Source: Gemmatimonadota bacterium (GTDB taxonomy: Bacteria; Gemmatimonadota; Gemmatimonadetes; Gemmatimonadales; GWC2-71-9). Taken from it: 18,767 bases of DNA. Of this stretch, positions 1 through 8,465 are shown in pieces; within the stretch, counting starts at the first letter, position 1; each line of letters starts with the position of its first letter. The notes below the pieces were generated by a model. It was not told the DNA's origin. It did not search any database and saw only the letters and a list, made by a program, of their open reading frames with translations. Position numbers and translations under genes: made by a program. The stretch is taken from contig JBDHAB010000061.1 of NCBI GenBank assembly GCA_039588295.1, positions 1 through 18,767 on the forward strand. Direction: 5' to 3'.

Positions 1-240
1 CGTATCGTTCTCGCTCGGGAGGCCAGTGAAGGTGATGGTCCCGGTGGCCGCGACCGAGGCCGCGGCAAGGGTGATATCCGACTGGCCTGGGAGTAGGAAG
101 ACCGGATCTGCGCTAACCGAGACTTGGACGTAGGCGGCACGCTGGTCGTTCGTCTTCGTGGGGATGGTCACGGTTCCGACGGTAGCCGTCACCGCCAGAC
201 TCGACGCGGACGCCGCTGGCTGCATCGGAGATTTCAGCAT
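1..240 (-). CDS. Partial (3'-truncated by window edge) putative virion structural protein, MLKSPMQPAASASSLAVTATVGTVTIPTKTND...AATGTITFTGLPSENDT
   Basis: Not in the ORF track because it runs off the edge. ATG at 240-238 preceded by AGGAGAAGG. Open for 80 codons with GC3-rich codons. Thr/Val/Ala-rich beta-type sequence directly downstream of the capsid genes. Confidence 0.7.
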   Translation of the reverse strand, partial: MLKSPMQPAASASSLAVTATVGTVTIPTKTNDQRAAYVQVSVSADPVFLLPGQSDITLAAASVAATGTITFTGLPSENDT

Positions 241-249
241 GACCTTCTC

Positions 250-600
250 CTAGCGGCGGATGATCCAGGTGATATCCGCTGTCGTCGCGGCGACCTGCTC
301 TCCGTTCGATTGGAGCTGCAAGGCGTCTCCTGGGTTCACGAGCGCCGTGCCTGTGATCTCCATGACCACGCCCGTCTCGTCCGGTGTGGCGTCCGGCAGC
401 ACCGCGTCCGCGGTCGAATCGGCACCGTTGACGAGAATGTCGAACGTCGTCTCGGCGTCGATGATCGTATGCACGTTGATCGCTACGCCGATCACCTTCC
501 CGCCATCGGGCACCACGGCAATCTCATCGGCGGTATTTCCGGCCGTCTGAATGGCGGTGAAGCTGCCGCCGAAGAGGAAATAGTCATTGAGCGTTCGCAT
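250..600 (-). CDS. Putative capsid accessory/decoration protein (116 aa)
   Basis: Strong SD (GGGAGG, 603-612 region). The MRTLNDYF...VPDGG...IIRR pattern is one I recognise from the gene that follows this type of MCP in uncultured phages. Beta-rich. Function is inferred from position. Confidence 0.7.
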   Translation of the reverse strand: MRTLNDYFLFGGSFTAIQTAGNTADEIAVVPDGGKVIGVAINVHTIIDAETTFDILVNGADSTADAVLPDATPDETGVVMEITGTALVNPGDALQLQSNGEQVAATTADITWIIRR

Positions 601-647
601 CGTTTCCTCCCGATGTTCTGCCGGTCGATGCCGGCTTCACCGGATCG

Positions 648-667
648 GGGGGGGCCGAAGCCCCCCC
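648..667 (-). terminator. 8-bp GC stem with C-UUCG-G tetraloop just after the MCP stop; no U-tract, so a stabiliser or weak terminator
   Basis: Minus strand reads GGGGGGGC-TTCG-GCCCCCCC, starting 11 nt after the TAG of the MCP. Confidence 0.6.
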
Positions 668-678
668 TATGTGGTGGC

Positions 679-1632
679 CTATGTCGTCAGGTCAGCGACC
701 GGACCCGAGCCCGCCTCGTTCGAGGCTCGCAGCGTCCACTCCACGAGGAGCTGCCTCTTCTCGGCATCGCCGGTCTTTGCCAGCGCGTGCTGCCGGAAGC
801 TCCGCAGATAGTCGAACGACCAGAGCTTCGGGGTGAGAACGTGAGCCGTCCGGTCCCGCGAGAAGCGGTTGGGTACGACCCGGTGCTCACCGAAGTCCGA
901 GACGTAGACGTCGATAGCGGTCACGAGCCGCTTGTCCTCGCTCTTGTCGAAGCGAGTCGAGCCCCCCGTGAAGCCCGAGATCGTCTGCTTGTTGACCGGG
1001 CCGACCATGATGACGGTCGGATTCCCGCCCTGGGTCCAACACTGCTGGATCACCGTCTTGAGCAGCGTCTCCGTGAAAGCCCGCTGCGTCCCGTCCGTGG
1101 CCGTCGCGGCAGCGTCGGGCTGCCCGGCCGTCTTGGCGGAGTTGGAGCCGCCGGACCCGTAGGAGCCGTTCGTCTCGTACCACACCTCGAGTGAGGCGAG
1201 CGTCCTGGCGGTCGTGGCGTTCCCGACCGTCAGGGCGTAGTTGCCGGTGGCGATGAGCTCCATGTCGCGCTTGAGCTCCTTCGCCTTCTTGGCGAGCTGG
1301 TAGGACAGCTCCGACTTCCGGCCGGCCGAGTCCACGGCCTCCTGCGTCCCGGACACGATGACCACCTTGCCCGAGATTTGCGTCCGGTTGTTGAGCCGTA
1401 CCGTGGCCGCGATTGCGTCACCGGCAGCGTCGTCACCCGAAACCAGCGCGTTCGTGGCCGCGGCTGCGAGCGAGTCGGTCTGCCACTCGTGAGAGATCGC
1501 GGAGGCCCGCCCCCTTCCGCACATCATCATGAACGGCGTCTCCGTCGGACTGATGTTGTAGATGATGTCGGAGAGATCCTCGCGGTTTCCTACCGCATCG
1601 TAGGCGTCGAACGTCTCTGCTGGCTGCGTCAT
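679..1632 (-). CDS. Major capsid protein (HK97-fold, DUF5309/SU10-MCP-like), 317 aa
   Basis: True start is MTQPAETFDAY (ATG 1632-1630, overlapping the scaffold stop as TAATG), not 2151. Motifs GNREDLSDIIYNISPTETPF, HEWQTDSL, NRTQISGK, YQLAKKAKELKRDME, DVYVSDFG, LAKTGDAEK. Confidence 0.93.
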   Translation of the reverse strand: MTQPAETFDAYDAVGNREDLSDIIYNISPTETPFMMMCGRGRASAISHEWQTDSLAAAATNALVSGDDAAGDAIAATVRLNNRTQISGKVVIVSGTQEAVDSAGRKSELSYQLAKKAKELKRDMELIATGNYALTVGNATTARTLASLEVWYETNGSYGSGGSNSAKTAGQPDAAATATDGTQRAFTETLLKTVIQQCWTQGGNPTVIMVGPVNKQTISGFTGGSTRFDKSEDKRLVTAIDVYVSDFGEHRVVPNRFSRDRTAHVLTPKLWSFDYLRSFRQHALAKTGDAEKRQLLVEWTLRASNEAGSGPVADLTT

Positions 1633-2720
1633 TACAGCATCCCCTCTATGAGTTTGGCGGCGTCTCGCTCGTCGCCCGTTTCTTCGAGCCGACGCCGGAG
1701 ATCGGCGCGGCGCTTGGTCGCGCCTTCGTCGGCATCTGCTCGCGCACCCGTGGGTAGGGCTTTCAGCTTCCGGCTCACCTTCTTGCGAGAGACTGGAGCC
1801 TTCTTCTGAACCCGGTGATATCTCATCGCGTCGTAGGCCACGAGAACGATGCGGCTGTCCTCCAGGGAGTTGAGGTCTTCGTCCGTGAAGCCCTGGGTTC
1901 GGAGGTACTCCTGCATCTCTTCCATCGCGGCCTTCGCGACCTTCGGCTCGCTCCACTCGGGAACGGCCTTGCGGATCTTCTCGGCCTCGGTGCGACGGAA
2001 CTCTTCGTGCGCCTTCGCCTCTTCCTCGGACCGCTTCCCCGCCTCCGCCTGCATCGCGTCGAGCGACTTGCGTAGCGTCGCGTCGCGATCGCGCAGCTTC
2101 TCCTTCTGGACCAGGAACTCGGTCGGGTCCTCTTCCTCGAGCTCCTTCCACTGTGCGGGCGTCATCGGCTCCTCGCCCTCGATCTGTGTGAGGAGCTGAT
2201 GGGTAAGACCCTGGAGCCGGCCCATCTGCTGATCGACTTCGGTCTTCCGGGCCTGCTCGCGCGCATCGAACTCGGCGACCCGAGCCTTGATCTGCTCGGG
2301 CTCGTCCTGGTCGTAGCGCTGGATCACATCGGCCAGGGACACGCCGTCGCGTACCTGGATATGGGAGAGGAACTCATCGTGTTCGGTCCCGAGCGCCTCG
2401 GACAGATCCTTGATCGTCTCGATCGGCTTCTCGTCCGATTCGGGCTCCTCGGCCTTGGCGGGCTCTGCCGGCTCCTCCGGCTCTGCCGGTTCCTCCGGCT
2501 CTGCCGGCTCCTCCGCCTTGACGGGCTCGGCCGGCTCCTCGGTCGGCTCCTTGGCGGGCTCGGCCTTGGCCTTACCCTTGCGGCGTTCCGCGTCCGGGTC
2601 CGTGGGAGCTACGTCGTCGAGGGCTCCTGACTTCTCCAGGAAGTCCCCGATTTCCGAGACGATGTTCTCGTCTGGAAGGCTGGCTCTGAGATCACCCGCT
2701 GGGTTCTGTGGTGCTGCCAC
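1632..2720 (-). CDS. Capsid scaffolding protein (362 aa)
   Basis: Immediately upstream of the MCP. Acidic Pro/Glu-rich N-terminus, coiled-coil middle, W-x-x-L-x-x-x-DP motif, IRKAVPEW, and a C-terminal LEETGDERDAAKLI coat-binding-type helix. GTG start. Confidence 0.85.
   Translation of the reverse strand: MAAPQNPAGDLRASLPDENIVSEIGDFLEKSGALDDVAPTDPDAERRKGKAKAEPAKEPTEEPAEPVKAEEPAEPEEPAEPEEPAEPAKAEEPESDEKPIETIKDLSEALGTEHDEFLSHIQVRDGVSLADVIQRYDQDEPEQIKARVAEFDAREQARKTEVDQQMGRLQGLTHQLLTQIEGEEPMTPAQWKELEEEDPTEFLVQKEKLRDRDATLRKSLDAMQAEAGKRSEEEAKAHEEFRRTEAEKIRKAVPEWSEPKVAKAAMEEMQEYLRTQGFTDEDLNSLEDSRIVLVAYDAMRYHRVQKKAPVSRKKVSRKLKALPTGARADADEGATKRRADLRRRLEETGDERDAAKLIEGML
2461..2514. repeat. Three tandem 18-bp units (GGCTCTGCCGGYTCCTCC) encoding EEPAEP repeats in the scaffold
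   Basis: Directly visible at 2461-2478, 2479-2496 and 2497-2514, with one mismatch. Confidence 0.9.
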
Positions 2721-3033
2721 CTTCGCCTGGTTTGGGGGATTGCCGCCTCAACGCTGCCACGATCGCAAGTTTCCCTGTCTCCATGAGCGTCGTCAAGTAA
2801 CCGCGCACCTCTTGGAGAGCCACGAACAGCCGATACGTCTCCTCCCGGAGGGCCGTCTCCTGGAGCTTGGAGGTCTTCCAGCGCTCCACGAGACGCTCCT
2901 CGAGCGCCAGGAACGCCTCTCGGAACATGGGGTCCTCCAGAATCCGCTCGGCCTCGCGGCTCCTCTGAACCTCGTCATCCTCCTGGTCCGTGAGGTTTAC
3001 GTCACGCTCCAGGTCGAGAGGTTGATCGCTCAC
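2692..3033 (-). CDS. Conserved small helical head-module protein between portal and scaffold (113 aa)
   Basis: Pattern A..IL..P.F.EAF..LE......W......RE..Y.....L..V...L...METGKLA is typical of the gene at this position in P22-like head modules. GTG start overlaps the upstream stop (GTGA). Confidence 0.8.
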   Translation of the reverse strand: MSDQPLDLERDVNLTDQEDDEVQRSREAERILEDPMFREAFLALEERLVERWKTSKLQETALREETYRLFVALQEVRGYLTTLMETGKLAIVAALRRQSPKPGEGGSTTEPSG

Positions 3034-3309
3034 TCGGGCGGGTCCTCGGCGGGCGGATCATGCACCGTCCCGCTCGGAATGTGCGTCGCGGCGCCCAGCT
3101 CGGGCTGCGCCGGATTGATCGGAGGCTCATCGGGCGGCTGTGCCGTGGGTGCAGGGGCGAGCCCCGCGGCCTCCGCGGCTGCCTCGATCGAGGCTTGGGC
3201 CTGCGCGCGTAGCTCGGCGGCCTTCTCCTCCGCGCGTTGCTTGAGGATGCGCCTGACGGGCTTCGGGTCGGGCGGGACGGGTGTACTCTCCGAGGTCTAT
3301 CTGGCTCAT
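3030..3309 (-). pseudogene. Frameshifted ORF (~92 aa if joined): MSQIDLGEYT + (P)VPPDPKPVRRILKQRAEEKAAELRAQ...EDPPE
   Basis: ATG 3309 has an SD (GGAGG) and an ATGA overlap with the portal stop, but that frame soon reads as GC shadow sequence. The +1 frame (3296-3030) has coding-like codons, no usable start, and ends in a GTGA overlap with the next gene. Confidence 0.6.
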
Positions 3310-5459
3310 GCTCCCTCCGATGGCCGGGCGTCTCCGTTGGAGGCGTTGGCCTGGGCCGCCTTCACCATCGCCGCGGCCTGGTTTTCCGATTTCTCCAGCT
3401 CGGCCTCGATCTTCGCGAGGGCGATCTTCTCGGCCGATCGGATCTTCTCCCGCTGCACCTCGGCGTCCAGCTCCATCTTCCGTTGCTTGAGAGCGGCGTC
3501 GGCCTCGATCCGCGCACGGTCCGTTTCGAGCTCGATGGAGTCGCGCCGGGACTTCCGCTCCGTCTCCAGCATCTTCGGGTCAGGTGGCGGCTTCGGTGCC
3601 GGGGCCCCCTGCGGGTCGGAGAAAAACTGGTCCGCGATCGTGAAGCCCATCGCCTGCGTCAGCTTCGAGACGGCGTTGTAGGTCTTGTCGGGCGTGACCA
3701 TCATGCCCCCCATCCCGTACTTGAGCAGCCCCTCCTGGATCTGGAGAACCTGGGTCAGGTGAGCGATCCGCTCGGCGGCCTGGCCGACTCCGAGGCCCAC
3801 CTCGACCTTGACGTCCATGTTCGCGTGCCAGCTCGACGGGTCCACCTTGACCCACTTCCCGCGGAGGCGGATCACGTCCCGCTTGACCGGGCCCTCGACC
3901 ACCAGGCGGAGCAGCTTGCGGAAGAGATCCTTGACCCCCGTCTCGGCGAAGATCCGGGCGACGAGCTCGATCCGCGCGGAGGCGGCGGTCATGATCTGCG
4001 TAATCCCGGTGGCGGTCTGGTTCAGGCTGGAGGCGTCGAGCCCCTGGTTGTAGCGGGTGATGCCGGTCCGATTCTCCCGGACGCCCTCCAGGTGCTCGAG
4101 CATCTGGAACGCCATGACCGGGAAGGGCCGTTGCTCCAGAGGCGTGACGGCATCCTTGGAGCGGGCGCGGATGATCCCACCAGGTCGAGAGGTCAGGAGA
4201 TCCTCTAGCTCCACCTCGCCCTCGATCACGATGCTCCGGTTGTTGTTGATGAGGTACAGGTTGTCGAGCATCTGCCGCAGGAGGGTGGAGCGGATGAACT
4301 GGAGGTCCATGACCAGATCGGCCAGGGAGAGCCCGAAAAACTTGTAGGGCATCGGGATCGGCGTGATCGCGGAGAACGGGTTTCGGTTCACCTCATGGTC
4401 ATCGAGGATCGTGACGGCCTGCTCGCCGACGACGAGGATGCGGCGCAGCTCTGAGTAGCCGTCGCCGTCCTCGTCCATCTTGCAGTAGCACTCGGTCGTC
4501 CAGATCTCCCGCGAGGCCGGATCTGCGCGCTCGGCGGTCGTGACCGGGAACGTCTCGTCCTCGGACAGCCTCTCCGTGCGGCCCTGGCTGTACTCGGGGG
4601 TGTCGTCCGAGGGGAGGTTGTAGACGACGCTCCGCTGGTAGCCCATCGCAATCAGGTCGGAGGCCGTCAGCTTCTTTCGGTGCGCGGTGAAAGGCGTCTG
4701 GTCGTTCAGGACGATAGCCCGGCGCGCGATCAGGAACTCCTCCGGGGGCACGCCATCGACCTTGATCTGCGTCGTGGTATCGGACCGGCGCACCTCGACG
4801 TCGAAGACGATTCGCTTCTCGGGTGGGCCTTGCTCCCCGTGGTCTACGATCTCTTCCCGCTGCTCGACGTTGATCGGGTCCGCGCGCTCATCGTCCAGGA
4901 GGAAGTCGACTTCCTCGGGCGTGAGGCCGCGATACGTTTCGACCTTCGGCTCGTACCGCTCCTCCAGGTACGATTTGACGATTCCGTTCTTCTCCAGGAG
5001 CGCCGTTTTGAACCAGTCGTGCATGACCATGAAGCCGTTGCACTCGTCGAGAAACAGCGTGTTGATGTAGTCGGTGGCCTGGTCGGCGGCCTCCTCCTGG
5101 TCCTCGCGGTTCGGCAGGTAACGCGCGACCCGGTTGCCGCCCAGGAACATTCGCATGAGGGACGGCATGATCCATTCGATCGTGTCCCGGACGTCCGTGA
5201 GGATCACGGAGCTCCGGCCTTCCTGCTCGTTCCCGAACGGGCGGCCGTAGTAATACTTGAGCGACTTGCGCCGCTGCTCGGACACCTCGGAGCCGAGGCC
5301 CCCGAGGGAGTCCTCGATCTCGCGCTGGATCACGTTCTTGACTTCGCCGTTCGTCAGGGGCCGTACGGGGCGGCCGGCAGCTCCGTGATCGTCCTCGTTA
5401 TCAAGGAACGTGGCGATGTTCGGGTCCGGGTCGAACTGCGGGTAGACCTGAGCACTCAT
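3306..5459 (-). CDS. Portal protein, P22-like (717 aa) with C-terminal coiled-coil barrel
   Basis: Follows TerL. Motifs YYYGRPFGNEQEGRSSVI..DVRDTIEWIMPSLMRMF, HDWFKTALLEKNGIVK, VPPEEFLI, PIPMPYKFFGLS, ENRTGITRYNQG, NQTATG, IFAETGVKDLF. SD GAGGTG. Confidence 0.93.
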   Translation of the reverse strand: MSAQVYPQFDPDPNIATFLDNEDDHGAAGRPVRPLTNGEVKNVIQREIEDSLGGLGSEVSEQRRKSLKYYYGRPFGNEQEGRSSVILTDVRDTIEWIMPSLMRMFLGGNRVARYLPNREDQEEAADQATDYINTLFLDECNGFMVMHDWFKTALLEKNGIVKSYLEERYEPKVETYRGLTPEEVDFLLDDERADPINVEQREEIVDHGEQGPPEKRIVFDVEVRRSDTTTQIKVDGVPPEEFLIARRAIVLNDQTPFTAHRKKLTASDLIAMGYQRSVVYNLPSDDTPEYSQGRTERLSEDETFPVTTAERADPASREIWTTECYCKMDEDGDGYSELRRILVVGEQAVTILDDHEVNRNPFSAITPIPMPYKFFGLSLADLVMDLQFIRSTLLRQMLDNLYLINNNRSIVIEGEVELEDLLTSRPGGIIRARSKDAVTPLEQRPFPVMAFQMLEHLEGVRENRTGITRYNQGLDASSLNQTATGITQIMTAASARIELVARIFAETGVKDLFRKLLRLVVEGPVKRDVIRLRGKWVKVDPSSWHANMDVKVEVGLGVGQAAERIAHLTQVLQIQEGLLKYGMGGMMVTPDKTYNAVSKLTQAMGFTIADQFFSDPQGAPAPKPPPDPKMLETERKSRRDSIELETDRARIEADAALKQRKMELDAEVQREKIRSAEKIALAKIEAELEKSENQAAAMVKAAQANASNGDARPSEGA

Positions 5460-5674
5460 ATCGGCACCTCGGGTGGCGGAGGCTCCGGCCGCGACTTCTG
5501 CGGCGGAGGCGTGAAGCCGAGCCGCCGGAGCACATACGGGAAGCGCAGGCCGTAGTAGGGCCCGTCGTCAATCGCCTGGACTTTCAGGTCAGCGCGGAGA
5601 GCCTCCAGGAGAGCCTGCACGTCTGCCATCTCCTGCTCGAGCCGCAGCACCTTCTGTTCCAGGACGATCGACAT
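5456..5674 (-). CDS. Hypothetical protein (72 aa, MSIVLEQKVLRLEQEM...), N-terminal coiled coil and Pro-rich tail
   Basis: ATG 5674-5672 overlaps the TerL stop (TAATG). Its own stop overlaps the portal start (ATGA). Confidence 0.7.
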   Translation of the reverse strand: MSIVLEQKVLRLEQEMADVQALLEALRADLKVQAIDDGPYYGLRFPYVLRRLGFTPPPQKSRPEPPPPEVPI

Positions 5675-6981
5675 TAGGCGATAGCCAGCTTGGGGTAGAG
5701 TCTCTCGGGCTTGGCGATGGGTTCCCGGAGCCCGCACGCGAGCGTGCGGAAGCCATCCGCCGGGTGCGAAGCCCAGTTGTGGAGGGGCGCGTCGCGGAAG
5801 ACGGGCGTCCCGTCCGGGTTTGTCTCGCCCTTCATGCGCTCCTTAGTGTACTCCTGGAGCGCCTGAACGCCCTTCTCGGTCTTCTTTTCGTCGAAGTAGC
5901 AGCGCGGGATCAGGGCCCGGGTGGAGGCGATCCCGTCCTCCAGCTTTGGAGTCTTAGGCACGACTCGGACCCGGATACCGAGGTCCCGCAGGATCTCCAC
6001 GCGGGTCTTCCCGGTCCCCAGGTCCCGGACCTCAGCATCGTGAGGGACCAGGTGCTCGGCGTAGGCGTACGGCTTCTCTTGCAGGATCTTCGCGTAGTGA
6101 TCGAGCCCGACGCCCGAGTGCCAGTAGTAGTCGATGATGCGGACTTCGGTTCGGAGCTGCTGGACGAACCAGATCGTAGTCGAATCTCCGATCCCGAGGT
6201 CCCAGGCCGTGAGAACGGGGAGCCGCGGATCATACGGCACGTTGCAGATCCGCCCATCCGCTCGAGCTGCCGTCATCTCCTTGCCGTAGTAGGCCCCGAC
6301 CAGGGGGGCGTCGAAGGAGCAGAAAAACTCCTGCTGAACGAGCTCCTCGGGCATCCCGTCTTCGCGCTCGTGCTCGATCGCCTCTTCGGTGATGGCGTGC
6401 GTATCGTCACAGGTGAGTACCTGGGCGAACCAGCGCTTGTTGCTCTCGGCCCGCTTGAACATTCGGTAGCCGTGGTTCCGCCCGCGCGGGGTGTAGATGA
6501 ACAGCGCCCATCCGTCGTTCTCCGCGAGGATCGGGCGGATCAGGTCCCACACGGCGGGGAGCTGGAGGCTGTACTCGGAGAGCACGACGCCGATCGGGTT
6601 CGCACCTACGAGCTTGTCCACGTCGTCCTGCGTCTCGGCTCCGACTACCTGCCAGACGGAGCCGTTCGCGAGCCAGAGGGTCATCTCGTCATCGCGCTTG
6701 CGGAGGATCGTCTCCTCGGGCCACGCGCTGATGAACGGGCGGCCGGTCTTCGTCATGCCTTCCCACACGATCCGGCGGCCCTGTTTGTAGGTCGGGAGAA
6801 TGTGCCAGTAGAGCCCGACACGCTGGAACGCCTGCGTCACGGTCCAGTTGAGGGATACCTGGTCCTTCCCGGCGCGGCGGTGCCAGACGGCGACGGCCCG
6901 GCGAGTGCCATTCTCCAGCGCGTTCCAGAGCGGCATCTGGTAGATGCGCGGCGCCCAATCGTTCGGGACGTTGATGTTCAA
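5674..6981 (-). CDS. terL: Terminase large subunit (435 aa)
   Basis: Walker A-like WHRRAGKD, Walker B GVVLSEYS, coupling motif FIYTPRGRNH, RNase H-like nuclease TAWDLGIGDST and HNWASHPADGFR. TTG start overlaps the TerS stop. Confidence 0.95.
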   Translation of the reverse strand: MNINVPNDWAPRIYQMPLWNALENGTRRAVAVWHRRAGKDQVSLNWTVTQAFQRVGLYWHILPTYKQGRRIVWEGMTKTGRPFISAWPEETILRKRDDEMTLWLANGSVWQVVGAETQDDVDKLVGANPIGVVLSEYSLQLPAVWDLIRPILAENDGWALFIYTPRGRNHGYRMFKRAESNKRWFAQVLTCDDTHAITEEAIEHEREDGMPEELVQQEFFCSFDAPLVGAYYGKEMTAARADGRICNVPYDPRLPVLTAWDLGIGDSTTIWFVQQLRTEVRIIDYYWHSGVGLDHYAKILQEKPYAYAEHLVPHDAEVRDLGTGKTRVEILRDLGIRVRVVPKTPKLEDGIASTRALIPRCYFDEKKTEKGVQALQEYTKERMKGETNPDGTPVFRDAPLHNWASHPADGFRTLACGLREPIAKPERLYPKLAIA

Positions 6982-7403
6982 CCGTTGCCCTCTTCGAGAC
7001 GGGAGAGCTCGGCGGCCACGTCCATGTCCTCGACCGAGACGAGTCCACCCTCACCGTTGAGCGTGATCTCCTCCCGCACCTCCTGTTCACCCGTCCCCAG
7101 CTTGAGCACGTTGACCTGAATCCGCGTGCCGCCCTGGTTCCCGCGGTGGACGATCTGCTGCGAAGGCTTCCCCCAGCCGTACTCCAGGATCACGCGCGCG
7201 GCTGCGATGCGGGCGGAGCTGGAGTTGTGCGGGTCGCGCATGATGTGGAGGCAATCCAGGATCGCGTCCTGGGTATGCTCCTGGGCGAGCTGGCGAACGA
7301 GATTTTTCTGGTTCGCTTCGAGAGTCTTTACGACTTCGGCGTCGGAGAGGGGTCGGACGATCCCTCTGGCTCCCGAGTTGGGGGTTCCGGCTTTCTGACC
7401 CAT
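6978..7403 (-). CDS. terS: Probable terminase small subunit (141 aa)
   Basis: Directly upstream of and coupled to TerL. Helical LAQEHTQDAI...ARIAAARVILEYGWGKPSQ motif is common in proteins at this position. SD GGAGG. Confidence 0.7.
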   Translation of the reverse strand: MGQKAGTPNSGARGIVRPLSDAEVVKTLEANQKNLVRQLAQEHTQDAILDCLHIMRDPHNSSSARIAAARVILEYGWGKPSQQIVHRGNQGGTRIQVNVLKLGTGEQEVREEITLNGEGGLVSVEDMDVAAELSRLEEGNG

Positions 7404-7705
7404 CCTCCGAACTCCTGTAGCACACGCTCGCAGACTTCGAGCATCAGAAGGCGATTCTCGTCCGGGAGGTCATCGAAGGGCACGACGCAGCCGGCGCTGG
7501 TCGTCCAGCCGAAATCGGGCGCGAGCATCTCGTAGGTGTCGTGAAAGAACGTCGCGAGCTCGTGAGCGGTCGGCTGCTCGACCAGGCGGAAGATGCGGCC
7601 GGGCTCCATCCCCTCAAACGCCTTCTCGAGGTCCCGCTTCTCCTGCTCGCTCATCGGAGTGCGAACCACGAACGCCTCACGGACGTCCCCACCCTCTATG
7701 CTCAT
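7328..7705 (-). CDS. Hypothetical protein with a RyR-repeat-like motif (125 aa)
   Basis: LATFFHDTYEMLAPDFGW...VVPFDDLPDENRLLM resembles the LA...H..W....GW...LVPY..L.E..K pattern of RyR repeats. ATGA coupling upstream. Overlaps TerS by 76 nt. Confidence 0.6.
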   Translation of the reverse strand: MSIEGGDVREAFVVRTPMSEQEKRDLEKAFEGMEPGRIFRLVEQPTAHELATFFHDTYEMLAPDFGWTTSAGCVVPFDDLPDENRLLMLEVCERVLQEFGGWVRKPEPPTREPEGSSDPSPTPKS

Positions 7706-7872
7706 TTGCCCCTCGCTACGCGACCCATGAGGCTCTTTGAGCTGGGGCGCTTGCGGCGTTCACGCTTGCGGAATTGCTTGACGTTCCCGGCGTTGGAGGC
7801 CGTGCAGACGGCGTGGGGGTTCTTGGCCTTCCCCCGGACGTGCTCGACGCACCGCTTGTAGGCGGCAGGCAC
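7702..7872 (-). CDS. Small basic protein (56 aa) MPAAYKRCVEHVRGKAKNPHAVCTASNAGNVKQFRKRERRKRPSSKSLMGRVARGK
   Basis: Below the ORF-track cutoff. GTG at 7872 after a G-rich SD. Stop overlaps the next ATG (ATGA). The RCV..V.....NP.AVCTAS pattern is familiar from small phage proteins. Confidence 0.75.
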   Translation of the reverse strand: MPAAYKRCVEHVRGKAKNPHAVCTASNAGNVKQFRKRERRKRPSSKSLMGRVARGK

Positions 7873-7875
7873 GAG

Positions 7876-8076
7876 CTATCGCCCCCCTCCCGAGGTCGGG
7901 GCCTTGTTTTCGCACCCCTTCGTCTGATTCACGTTGTAGAGCGGATCGCCGCCGAATCCGGCCGTATCGCACCCGTTGGCGTGCTCCGAGTCGGTGCCTT
8001 CCTTCCCCTTCGTGGGGATCTTGGCCTCCCGGTGCGCGTCGCCCTGTTTCCCGCCGTATCCCTTGCCCTTCGGCAT
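7876..8076 (-). CDS. Small Gly/Lys-rich hypothetical protein (66 aa)
   Basis: Strong SD AAGGAGG 5 nt before ATG. Fills the operon without overlap. Confidence 0.7.
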   Translation of the reverse strand: MPKGKGYGGKQGDAHREAKIPTKGKEGTDSEHANGCDTAGFGGDPLYNVNQTKGCENKAPTSGGGR

Positions 8077-8123
8077 GTTGGCCTCCTTCGAGGTTTCGAG
8101 TCGGACCCCGCGAGTCTACTCCC

Positions 8124-8465
8124 TCACGCCGCGCGCCGCCTCTGGACCGGCTTGAACACGAACCATTCGGCGTGAAGGTTGGGGCCGTCGTCCGCGACGT
8201 AGTGGAGGCACACGCGCTGGTCCTCCGCGAGCGACGCCATATCGGCGTCCGCGAGGTTCCCCTGGTAGTCGCCATCCGAGCCGCTGACGTAGGAGAGCGT
8301 CTTCGCCGCGACCAGCTCCGTGCTCTGGTCTGTGTCCAGGACCCGGCACGTCACGGCCGCGCTCGAGGTGTAGTAGTTGGCGTCGTCCTCTGCGAGCTGG
8401 GCGTTCGCCAGGCCGAGCAGCTCTAGGAGGTTGTCAGAGAAGAGGAAAAGCGGATCGCCGGCCAT
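8124..8465 (-). CDS. Putative beta-sandwich adaptor/virion protein (113 aa) of the fibre cassette
   Basis: TGATG coupling to the 1948-aa gene. AAVTCRVLD...LSYVSGSDGDYQG pattern resembles BppU-N/Ig-like adaptors (inference). Confidence 0.65.
   Translation of the reverse strand: MAGDPLFLFSDNLLELLGLANAQLAEDDANYYTSSAAVTCRVLDTDQSTELVAAKTLSYVSGSDGDYQGNLADADMASLAEDQRVCLHYVADDGPNLHAEWFVFKPVQRRRAA

Noticed and set aside
1633..2151. 173-aa N-terminal extension of the MCP ORF (possible scaffold-MCP frameshift fusion)
   Set aside because: Arg/Gly-rich shadow translation of the scaffold gene. A TAATG overlap gives a clean MCP start at 1632 and no slippery site is evident.
3030..3308. Stop-codon readthrough extending the portal
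   Set aside because: It would need to pass two different stops (TGA then TAG) within four codons. Other genes use TGA and TAG as normal stops, so recoding is unsupported.
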